A stretch of DNA of 64,000 bases from Flaccisagitta enflata (Eukaryota): contig OZ231126.1 in the NCBI GenBank assembly GCA_965153355.1, positions 14,322,001 through 14,386,000 on the forward strand. The letters are read 5' to 3'. The translations under genes and the position numbers were made by a program. The notes beneath the pieces were generated by a model, which saw nothing but the letters and a program-made list of their open reading frames with translations, was not told where the DNA came from and searched no databases. Below are positions 52,467-64,000 of the stretch, piece by piece (the stretch's first letter is position 1; the number at the start of each line of letters is the position of its first letter).

Positions 52467-52804
52467 ACACGTTCAGTTGATTTTCCTATATTTAAATCCA
52501 AACTGATGGAATGGAACAAGCGCCGCCGAGTTTCGCGAAACGAACATTTCGAAAACAATGATTCGTGACAGAGCGGTGCGGAAACCTTTACTCTTTAACA
52601 GCTTGCCAAATCTGCTACAATAACGATAGAAACATGTGGATTTCACCATAAGAAAGACCTTGAAAAGCTCTTTACGGTGATCATGAATATTAACCTTATT
52701 CTTTATCTCAAAACAACGCAATAAGCTATACTTCGAGCAAAATTGGTTATAAAAAAGGAAAACAATTTCCACGGAAGCGTCTATGAATGAATTAGGCGAC
52801 AGAA

Positions 52805-52898
<94 letters not shown>

Positions 52899-53036
52899 TG
52901 TGCGCGTGTGTGTGTGGCTGTGTGATTGTGTGTGTGTCGACGGTAGGCTTCTATGAAGATGGGGAAAATCTATCATCCACCAGCCGCTTGCTAGAGGAAA
53001 ATGAGTGATTGTACAATTTTTATTTGACATGGAAAA

Positions 53037-53095
<59 letters not shown>

Positions 53096-54721
53096 ATGAA
53101 TTTCTGGCTTCAAATCAAGATTTTTTTTCATTTTGCAATTCTACTACTAATAAGCAGTCCCATACAAAAATAATGATTAATGATTTTTTCATCATTTTTA
53201 ATGAAATTCATTAGTTTTACCAATTTTCTAAAAATCTTACTGTGATATTTAAATAATCTTTTCTGAGTATAAAGTTACAATTGGTAAGATTCCCACACCT
53301 GAAATATGTGAAAAAAAACCTTTCAGATTTTTTCTTCCACTTTTCATAAAAACATTTAGAAATAAAGATATGATATCTATTTTGCTTAATTGGTAGTCAA
53401 TGAAATGAGGAACAGTTTTTTTTTTTCTTAAAACTATCGTTTTTACTCTATAAAAACAATATGAATTTAAATGTATTTATTATTTTTTTTAGTCACGTGC
53501 ATGCAACTATACCTTACTTTGTCCATCTGTTCATCCATTTTCTATATCTGTCTGTTGGTCCATCTTACTTTCACTTTTTTTTTATTCATTTTATTTCCTT
53601 AAGTCATTTTAGAGTATACTAGGTCGTTTCAAGTTATTCTAAATTATTATGAAAATCTCACATAAGATTCAAAAGTGTTGACCTTGTTTAAAAAAAAAGG
53701 AAGGGTTTAAAAAAACTAAAAATATATTCTATTCTATGATATTTTTTATAAAGAAATATTTGAAATTATGTACAAATTTCATTAATTCATTTAAACATTC
53801 AAGTTATAAACAAAAATATAAAACAGCAACATATAAGTAAGATAAAAGTGAAAATTTTCAAAAATGATCGAAATTTGACAAAATACTAGAAATTAAACAA
53901 ACACAATATCTTTTGTCTAAAAGCATCAATTTTTATCAGTATTTATCATATATAATAAGAGACAAAATTAAAGATACAAAATTTAAAAAAAATATTGGTC
54001 AATATCAAATTAAAATAACTGACTAACTGACTGACTTCAATCTTCAAACCTTTAGGCAAAAAAAAAAATGATTTTTTTTTATTGAGATATTTTATGCCTG
54101 GGATTCTGACCGCAAAAAGGATAATATTAATTGAAAATCGTCACTGTTTATTTGTCTCAAAGAGGAACGTAGTTAGTCACCTGATGATTACGGCATACAT
54201 GACCATAAGGGGATAACAAACAGAACACACCTGATGTTTGTCCCTTTTTAGTCGCGTGCTAAGCGTCTCTACACCCCGCTAAGTCGACCCCTTTTAACTT
54301 CTTTGGCCCTTTTGAGCTTTTCGAGCATACTGCTCCTACCCAGATGCGCTAGTGACCTTCTCCGGCACTGCTCCAGCCCACCCGCACGCGACTAGGGTAG
54401 CCGTGTATCCGGACAGAATAAAGGTCTTTTTGGGTTTTTAACGTTTCGCAATTAATGTCAATGAGCGCGGCGCGCGCGATCGCTTTCGAAAGACGTAGAC
54501 GCAAATAACGATGTTCGTAATTTCGTAGGACTTTAAACTACTGTAAGGGGCCTAAAATTTACAGAGCACATGTCTGATGAGCCGACCAAAGCAAGTTACG
54601 CGTTTGAGGCCTATATTCTTTCAAAACAAACTGAACTGGGTTGAAAATCAGGGGCGAATAAAGATCTCCGAAATTTTCTAGTTTTTCTTTACTGTAATTT
54701 TGATGTGCTGTTTTGATAAAA

Positions 54722-54915
54722 AACAAGGCCGGATACACGGCTACCGAAGTCGCGTGCGGGTGGGCAGGGGCCATATTTGAGGTTACCAGACCATTTGGGC
54801 AAGAGCAGTGAGGTCAAAGAAATAAAATCATTAAAAAAAGTAAAGTGTGACCAACCGACTGACCAACCGACCGACGGACAAAGCGGGTTGTAGAGTCGCG
54901 TGCACGCGACTAAAA
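54722..54915 (-). mobile_element. HINE family A copy; others at ~15592-15737, 54246-54412, 57412-57630, 57870-58052, 59259-59400
   Basis: Close homologue of 8796-8990. Confidence 0.7.
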
Positions 54916-55027
54916 AAAACAAAAAAAAACAGACAAATGAATTCAGGATTATTAAAAATTATCTCAAACCATGAATTTCATAAAAAAAGAAATGTGATAG
55001 AAGACAATTTCTTTTTAGAGTGATGTA

Positions 55028-55392
55028 CACGCTTTTCTTTTTATAAGAACTCTGTTTATACGAACTTCAGCCTCAAATTTAACAAAAATTAGATTTAAAG
55101 ATAAGAGTATAATTTCAATAAAAGTATAATTTTTCAAAAAACTAGTAATATTAGATCAAAAACCCCAAATGATTGATATTTTGATAATGATTTTTAAAAT
55201 AATGAATCATTTAAATGTTTTTTACAATTGCATAAAAAAACCATTATTATAATATAGATGTACAATTATAAAGACATTATATAATTGAAAAATAAGAACA
55301 TAATAAGTACGCTTGAGCCTAAAAACAGGGCTAAAAATAGGAATGCTGAGGCTCACTTAAAAAATCAATGTTCTTTTAAAATGAAAAGCGTG
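55028..55392. mobile_element. Tc1/mariner-type MITE
   Basis: TA-CACGCTTTTC...GAAAAGCGTG-TA with ~23-bp imperfect TIRs. Confidence 0.78.
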
Positions 55393-55599
55393 TAAAGCAA
55401 ATAGAGTGCAAAAATGACAAATGACTTAAAATGACGCAAAACGACAAAAAAAAGCTAAGCGTTACGGACAGACCGACGGACAGACCGACCGACAGACGGA
55501 CAGAGCGGGTCATAGAGTTGCATGGACGCGACTAAAAGGGAAAACAAGCCCAACAGGCCAACAGTCGCGTGCTAAGTTACACAAAACTACACAACGTCA

Positions 55600-56819
55600 T
55601 ACTACACACAACTACATAACTTCATACTACATACTTAACATACTACATACTTACTACATACTTACATACTACATACTTACATACTTACATACTTACATAC
55701 TTACATACTTACATACTTACATACTTACCTAATTACATACTTACATATTTACATACTTGCATACATACATACTTACATATTCACTACATACTTACATACA
55801 TACTACATACTTACATACTTACATACTTCCATACATACATACATACATACATACATACATACATACATACATACATACATACATACATACATACATACAT
55901 ACTTACTTACATACTTACATACTTACATATTTACATACATACTTACATACTTACATACTTACATACCTACATACTTACTTACATACTTACATACTTACAT
56001 ACTTACCTACATACTCGCATACTTACATACTTACTTACATACTTACATACATACTTACTTACATACTTACATACTTACCTACATACTCACATACTTACAT
56101 ACTTACATACTTACATACTTACATATTTACATACTTACATACTTACCTACATACTCACATACTTACATACTTACATACATACTTACATACATACTTACAT
56201 ACTTACTTACATACTTACATACTTACATACTTACTTACATACTTACATACTTACCTACATACTCACATACTTACATACTTACGTACTTACATACTTACTT
56301 ACATACTTACATACTTACATACTTACATACTTACATACTTACATACTTACCTACATACTCACATACTTACATACTTAAGTACTTACATACATACTTACAT
56401 ACTTACTTACTTACATACTTACATACTTACATACTCACATACCTACATACTTACATATATACTTACATACTTACATACTTACATACTTACATACTTACAT
56501 ACTTACTTACATACTTACTTACTTACTTACATACTTACATACTTACATACTTACATACTTACATACTTACATACTTACCTACATACTCACATACTTACAT
56601 ACTTACATACATACTTACTTACATACTTACATACTTACATACTTGCTTACATACTTACATACTTACCTACATACTCACATACTTACATACTTACATACTT
56701 ACATACGTACTTACATACTTACTGACATACTTACATACTTACATACTTACATACTTACATACTTACCTACATACTCACATACTTACATACTTACGTACTT
56801 ACATACTAGCATACATACT
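55600..56819. repeat. (ATACTTAC)n/(ACAT)n satellite, ~1.2 kb; short related tract at ~59848-59960
   Basis: Direct reading. Confidence 0.95.
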
Positions 56820-57134
56820 AGGCATGTTCCAAGGGACAAAATGTCCTTCGGAAGGAGGGGAGGCGAAAGATTTTGTCCCTCCCCCGAATGGAGCCGAAAG
56901 ATCCGAATGTTTTGCTTTATCAATAATACTACTTAATTTCAGGTTGGAGATAGCGGGCGCACGCCAGAGGAGAGAGCCAAAACAATTATAGATCACTCCC
57001 AGAAAGTTTAGTTATTTATGAAAGGAAACAGAACAAATAACTAAGGTCTTACAACTGATACTCATTTTTTTTTTAAATTTTTTTCTGAGGCTGGGATGTC
57101 CTTAGATTTTTGCAAATTTTGACTGAAATGAGAT

Positions 57135-57207
<73 letters not shown>

Positions 57208-58420
57208 ATGATGTCACAACAAACGTTGCCAGACTTGTAATTAACCCGGGCAGACGTGATTATGATCCTTTTTGATCGAATCAGAGTCCCTCTGATCGTT
57301 CGACTGACCAATGCAGCGAGGAGGCCTACGATCCTAAGACTCCTAGGTTTTGGACCTAGGAGTCTTAGGATCCTAGGTTTACTAGGCGCACTTAACAAGT
57401 GAAAACTGTCTTTTTAGTCGCGTGCACGTGACTCTACAACCCCCTCTGTCCGTCTGTCTGTTGGTCGGTCTGTCGGTAACCCTTAGCTTTTTTTCGACAT
57501 TTTAAGTCATTTTGAGTTATTTAAAGTTAATTTAAGTCAATTTACATTTGGTCTCTTAGTCTTTTAGTCTTTTAGTCTTATGGTGTAATGGTCTTAACAA
57601 CCGCACGCGACTGTAAGGTGTTGGCCTTGTTCATTACCACCCAAAAGGCGCTGCTCCGATTTTGACCTTTTTTTTCTTGTGGCTCGGTCTTTTGGGTTGT
57701 TTTAATGATACATTGAATAATCTCCCCCGCCACTCGCATATTAGTGCCTTTATAACATTATTTCTTACGAACGTAGGTTTCCTAGGAAAATGAGTGTCAA
57801 GAGAATAACACTGGATATCTTTGACACTAGTTTTCCTAGAGGAAACCCAGGATCGTAAGTCATTTAAGAAAAAGGCCAGATACACGGCTACCCTAGTCAC
57901 GTGTGGGTGGGCAGGGGCCATATTAAAGGTCAGTAGACCATTTGGGCAGGAGCAGTGAGGTCAAAAAATAAAAATCATGAAAAAAGGTGTGATGAACAGA
58001 CAGAGAGACGGGCGGAAAAAGCTGGGTGTAGTCGCATAGCACGGGACTAAAAACTAGGCCGAAGACACAGCACCCTTGTCACGGACAGGCGGCACGGGCA
58101 AAAAATTCAAAACTACTCAGAGTAAAGAGTTAATAACGATTGACAGACTGACACATTAGTGTGTGGAGTCGACTAAAGAGGCATGGCAGTGATGCAAAAA
58201 CCATCAGTGAGTGACCAAAAAAGCGAAGTGTGACAAATACGGGCGGACGATTAGCTGACTGTCATACTGAAAAACAGATAGAGCAGGTTGTAGAGATGCG
58301 TGCATATCACCAAGGCCCTTCGTAAGGGCGTGTTTTTTGTGACAACAGCAAACGTGATCCTCCCCGTTGATCGCGATTACAGCATGAACACATATTCATG
58401 AATTTCAACTGTCCCGGGAG

Positions 58421-58665
58421 TAAGCAGCTTCGAAAAGGGTTATAGAAGAGACGGTCGAATTCGACCGATACAATTTTTTTTTGTCCATCCGGTGGAGGAA
58501 ACGGCGATGCCTTTTTATTGACTGTTTGAAACAAAAAGCCGATCGGATATGCGACAATGAGCGGCAATAATTGTGCACAATGGTGACGATCGATTCCACG
58601 ATCTTTTTTCTCTTCCTTTTCCTCTTCCGCATCAACTGCCGCTCTCTCCCTTACCATTTCGTCCT

Positions 58666-58750
<85 letters not shown>

Positions 58751-58838
58751 ATTCCTCTCCTTGAAAGACTGACCATTTCGCCCCGACCCGAAAATCCTGC
58801 CCAAAAGCCCAAAAGTCGAAACATATAGAAGCTGCTTA
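58421..58838. mobile_element. hAT-type MITE nested in an older repeat (~58323-58997)
   Basis: TIR TAAGCAGCTTC, 8-bp TSD CCCGGGAG (58413-20, 58839-46). Confidence 0.88.
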
Positions 58839-60269
58839 CCCGGGAGTGAGCAAAGTGAGTGAGCAAGCCCACGAACAAAGCAAGCGAGCGAAGCGAGTGT
58901 AGCGAAGCGGAACGTTGTGGAGCGAGTGTACAAACATAGTCAGCGACTGAATGGCCCTTTCGAAACACGATTGTGTGTGACTAGAAACGCGACCTAAATA
59001 TCGTTGTACAAAATCTAGTGTCAACAACAACAACAACAACAACGTTTAAATAACGTGCCGGAAATTGAAGAAATTTCATGTTAAGAAAATCAAATCAACA
59101 ATGATCAACAAATTTAATGAATACATGTGCCTATTTGTACAACTTTTTTCTATCACTGATTCACAAACAATTTCTGCGTTACTGCCTGTGTTAAAAAGTA
59201 TTAAACTGTTATTTCATCCTATTTCTTTTTGAAGTATAAAAATGTTGGATTTGTTAGAAACAAGGCTGTATACATAGCAGCACAAGTCGCGGACGGGTTG
59301 GCAGGGGCGGAAAACCTGAAAACCGACTTTGTGTCAGATGGACATACGAACGGACGTACATAAAAAACAACAGACCTAAAAGCGGCTTATAGAATCACGT
59401 GTCTGTGAATAAAAACCTGACTGAACAACTCCATGTGTTATCCACGTTACTTATATATTTGCCGTCTAAAATGCAAAATTCGTTTTTAGATGACAGACAG
59501 ACCCAGACAGACAGACAGACAGAGACAGGCAGACTTATGGACAGACATACATCCTCTTGTAGCGATGCAAATTCATACAGGAATGACCAAAGAAAATTCT
59601 GCAATGAATTTTTGTCGCGAATTTTGTGAAATTATTAATAAAATGTTCAATTTCACATTTGTAAAAGCCTAATTTTGATACATTTAAAGTAGAAGTCAGC
59701 ACGGCTCTTATTATTTAGCCAGTTGCCAAAACATTCGGGATAATTCGGAGGAATAATGAAATTATTTGTGGGAATCCGAAACAACAGACAAAATGTATTA
59801 TTTGTCCGAAATATTTCGGACTCCCAAATATTCCCTCCATGCCTAATACATACTTACTTACATACTTACATACATACTTACCTACATACTCACATACTTA
59901 CATACTATCTCTGAAAGTTACATACTACAACCTCATACTATGTAACTTCATACTACAACTTCATACTTCATAACGTCTGTCCCCAAAAAAGTTACATTCT
60001 GAACCAATAACGAGTGTCCAATAAAAAGTTGACAAAATACCCAAAATTCTCAAAAATACCCAATGATACCCCACATCAGATTTTTAGAACCGCTTGGTTT
60101 AAACTAGGAGAACTGCCACTTTTTCTGCGGTTTCTAGTGGTTCAGTCCATGCATAATCCATGGCAAAAAACAGCAAAATCATTCCAGTAGCTCATTTTTG
60201 TAAATTTCCATTTTTTTCTGGGTGGTTGGTACAGGTCATCAAATTTTCCCTTTTTTTGACCTCCTCCAT

Positions 60270-60625
60270 TGTTTTGCTTGTAACTTTTGAACAAATTGAG
60301 CTAGAAATGCCAGATTGGGCCCATTTTAAAGATCTCTTCAAGATCTTTCCAACCGGCACCAATTTTTTGCAAATCCGTTGAAAAACAACCAAGTTAAAAG
60401 CTGTCAAACATGAGCAAGATTATGGAGATTTTGGACGATTTTCCAGATCATTATCTATTTCCTTCTACTTTCACAGTTTCACTTGTTTTGCTCATAACTT
60501 TTGAACGGATAAAGCTAGAAATGCCAGATTGGTCCCATTTTAAAGATCTTTTCAATATCTTTAAAACCGTCACCAATTTCATGTCAATCGCTTGAAAAAC
60601 AACCAATTTATGGGCTGTCAAACAC
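60270..60625. repeat. Diverged ~140-bp direct repeats, probably inside a DNA-transposon fragment
   Basis: GTTTTGCT..TAACTTTTGAAC..GCTAGAAATGCCAGATTGG at ~60271 and ~60485. Confidence 0.7.
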
Positions 60626-60859
60626 AGACACTTTCATGGGAATTTTGGAGGATTTTCCTATCTTCTTTTTTGTTTGTCCATCCAATCATCCCACTAATGA
60701 GGACTAATCTGAGGCTTGCGATGTTTAACTGGAAGACTGGTAGCACTGATTCAATGCCGGTGACAATTAATTTGAGGTTAAAGAGGGCAGGTTAAGATGA
60801 GGAAAAGCCTGGAAAGACTATGTAGGGATGGATTTGAAAATTGAAAGGCCAGTTCGCTG

Positions 60860-63480
60860 TCTGAGAGAGCCAGTTTGAGGCCTGAAGAGAATTAGGGGGC
60901 AATTATACAGCCTGAGTGGGCTGCTTTGAGACCTGTGAGGGCTGGTAAGGCTGGCAAGGGCTGATTTGAGTCCTGCAAGGGCAGATTTGAGGTTTGGAAA
61001 GGCCCTAAAGGTGACAAAGTCTTGTAGAATACAGGGGTTTGAAGGCTTCTTACGGCTATATGTACGTCTGATGAGGAAGATTTGAGGCCAGAGTGAGCCT
61101 AATATAGGACCTGAATAGGCTAAATTGTGGGCTAGGAGGCTAATCTAAGGCCAAAAAGTTTCAAAAGCTTCAGATGGTTGGCAGTCCCTATTGCCCCAAA
61201 GCTGATGATTGAGTCATGAGATGGTGGAAAGGGAAGGGACTTCAAATGGACTGCAGATCTATATTTGGGTTCATAGAAGATGATAGGGTTGAGATGAAGG
61301 CTTTTGGGTAAGAATCCGAGCCAACAAAATTCATAATTGTGCAAAGCAAAGCAGGGCAATGGAATTACATATTGTCCATGGCCAACTGATAAAACCCCCA
61401 ATTTGTTCCAGTGAGTATAAATTCTGGCTTTTGGGCAGTAGCCAAAAGGATTTAAAATCATGTAGAATATTTGAGGCTTTTGTTTGTTGTTCCCTAAAAT
61501 TTTTTTTTTTTGGGGGGGGGGCAGCGGCAAAAAAGAAATCAGGCACTTTTGTTCAGTTGTTTGTTTGTTTGTTCGTTCATTTGTACATTTGTGCATGCAT
61601 TTGTTTGTATATGCGTCCCACCTTTCCCCCGCTATTTCTTTTCTGTCAATTTGCCATACTATTCGATAGGAATTCCATATTTTTTCATTTTTTTTTCAAT
61701 ATCCCTGTAAGGTGGTTGGTGGGTGGTCGGTTGGTTTTGATACACAATGATGGTGTTTTAGGTGGGTAAGGTGGTAGGGTGGGTGCTTGGATGGTTTTAG
61801 GTGGGTTAGGTGGTTGGTAGGGGGTTGGTTGATTTTGATCTTGGTTGTTGGTTCTTCAATGGGTATAGGGTAAAAAATGCCTGATTTGGGGTCTAAGAAG
61901 CCTGTTTTAGTGTCAGAGAGACTTTTTTGGGGTCAAGAAAGCCTTTTTTGGGGTCAAGAAAGCCTTTTTTAGTCACGGACTAGCGACTCTATAACAGGCT
62001 TTGTCCGTCCGACGGTTGGTTGGTCGGTTGGTTGGTCGGTTGGTCCGTGGTGATCGAGTCGAAAAGTGGGGAAACACTCATTTCCGCCCCTGCCCACCCG
62101 TCCGCGACTGGTATTGGCCGTGTATCCGGCCTTGTTGGAGTCTTTGAGCACTAATTAGTAATTTAAATCTATTCAACAATTCTATTCATAACTTACCAAT
62201 TGTACCATAATTGGCAAGAGAATAGTTTTAGCTTTCTTTTGATATATCACATAATAAGATTTAAGTAATAGATGCGTTACAATAAACTACTATTGATGAG
62301 GATATCTCTTGATCTCTCTGTCACATTTTTGGCCAACCACCTTCACTTTTCCCCCTGAAAATATAAGTTGTCTGAGATCTTCTTTTATTTTCTATACAAA
62401 TAACATGCAGTTTCTTTTGCTCATCGCGTCAAGGCGCGTGGTCGTAGAGATAAAATGAAAACAGATTCAAACTCGTCATGTTTTGGAGATTTTAAGTGTA
62501 GCTCGCCTTAACTCAATGCGGCCTGGTTAGACCACAACAACCTTTTATTTAAAGCTTCAACAACTAAGGAATTTATTGGACAATTTTTTTCAAAAAAGAA
62601 ATATCTTGTGATGATAATAGGTATAAATAACAAAAAAACCTTGGTCTAGAACATTTTCATGCCTTTGTCATGGCCTGGGCGTGCAAGGAGTCAAGGAACA
62701 TTTCCAACACAGTATTTTTCTTGCGAGCTCCATGAATCTTAACTAATGTTACGTTTCTACACTAATTGAAACGCACGCTCTCGGATTTGGGCAGAGAGGC
62801 ATGATGTGAGGCTTGGGGTAGGGAGATGGATGGATACTTTAGAAAAAACAATGTGGAATTATAGGTTAAAGAACCCCCCAGGATCACTGCCCAAAAGGGC
62901 CTAAAGGGTACAAATTATCAGAAAGAAACAAATTATCATATGGAAGAACACACAAAAGCCTCATTTATTCCATAAGACTTTATCCTCTTTAGATTCTAAT
63001 CAGTCGCCCAAGGGTGATCAGCAATAACCATTGCCTTGTTCTGCAAGATTGTGAATTTCAGTGGCTTTATATCTTATCCAAAAGCCCATTTGGAACCCTA
63101 CCCCTTCCACCATCTCATAACTCAATTGCTAATTTTGGGGCATTTTGTACTGCTGATTATCTGAAACTTTTGAAACTTCTTGACCTCAAATTAGCCTCTC
63201 AGGCTTGAACTTAGCCCACTCAAGCCCTAAATCAGGCCCAAACAGGCCTCAAATCCACCCCATTAGACCTCCCACCAGCTACCAGCCCTATAAAGCCTAA
63301 GGACACCTGTATTCTACAAGACTTTGTCACCTTTAAGGCCCTTCCAAACCTCAAATCTGCCCCTGCTGCGCTCAAATCTGCCCTTACCAGCCTTGTCAGT
63401 CTTCCCAGGTCTCATATCAGTTGACTCAGGCTGTAAATCTGCCCCCTCAGTCCTTCTAGGCCTCAAATTGGCCCTCTCCA
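60860..63480. repeat. Two diverged, oppositely oriented copies of a ~600-bp repeat (~60860-61460 and ~62885-63480), related to HINE-B interiors
   Basis: AAAGGTGACAAAGTCTTGTAGAATACAGG at ~61007 and its reverse complement at ~63306. Confidence 0.7.
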
Positions 63481-64000
63481 ACCACAAACTGGCCTATTAA
63501 TGTCCATCCATCCCCATCCATCCATCCCCACAGTCCTCAGAAGCCGCAGAACTCCTATACTATTCACACTGTTGTCTTTTTCAAGAGCCGATCTCCTGTA
63601 CAACACAGGAAGGAATTTCCAGACGTCTTTCCTCCATCCATATTTCCATCCATATTTCCATCCATCTGTCTCTCTGTCTGTCCATCTGTCAGTCCATCCG
63701 TCTTTATTTCCATCTGTGTCCATCCACCCTTCCCCCACCCCGGGTTGACCATCAAAGGCCGCATATTAGCCCTCCATGCTTCAAGTAAGCCCTCCAGGTT
63801 TTAAATAAGCCCTCGAGGCATCAAATCAGCCCCCCCATGCCTCAAATTTGCCCTCCAGACCTCATATCTGCTCTCAAACCCTAAATTCTGTGCCTTCAGT
63901 GGCCTAAATCAGTCATCTATGGCTAAAAATGTGTCCCCTCAGGATGTTTGGAAATTCATCCCTGTGTTCTACAGGACATCGACCTTTTTAAGCCGCTGCC

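Noticed and set aside
54575-54600. CTGATGA as a hammerhead ribozyme core (several other occurrences also inspected)
   Set aside because: No stem II followed by GAAA, and no flanking helices.
55757-56725. 322-aa HTYIL-repeat ORF
   Set aside because: Translation of the ATACTTAC satellite, which lacks stops in that frame.

Overview
Repeat-rich, intron-containing eukaryotic DNA, probably from an invertebrate animal; the organism cannot be identified from this window. Main contents: (1) the 5' part of a decayed BEL/Pao LTR retrotransposon A (minus strand, 1-~5870); (2) a 1.63-kb non-coding TRIM-like LTR element with AGT...ACT LTRs and a tRNA-Leu PBS (6738-8368); (3) a complete, recently inserted 12.5-kb BEL/Pao element B (20893-33360, minus; 790-bp near-identical LTRs, TACAC target duplication); (4) a predicted 5-exon host gene (51827->45359, minus, 971 aa) with zinc-finger, RGG, Ser-rich and RRM-like regions; (5) many Helentron-type HINEs, hAT and Tc1/mariner MITEs, a MULE-like relic, a satellite and microsatellites. 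Element B is the most interesting. It has no recognisable tRNA PBS; instead the 12 nt abutting its 5' LTR are the exact reverse complement of a 12-mer inside the LTR that starts at a 3' splice site, the geometry of Tf1-type self-primed reverse transcription. It also has an in-frame UGA-C plus a 9-bp stem-loop between gag and pol (readthrough candidate) and a large non-env third ORF with its own splice acceptor. All calls were made by eye, with no database searches.
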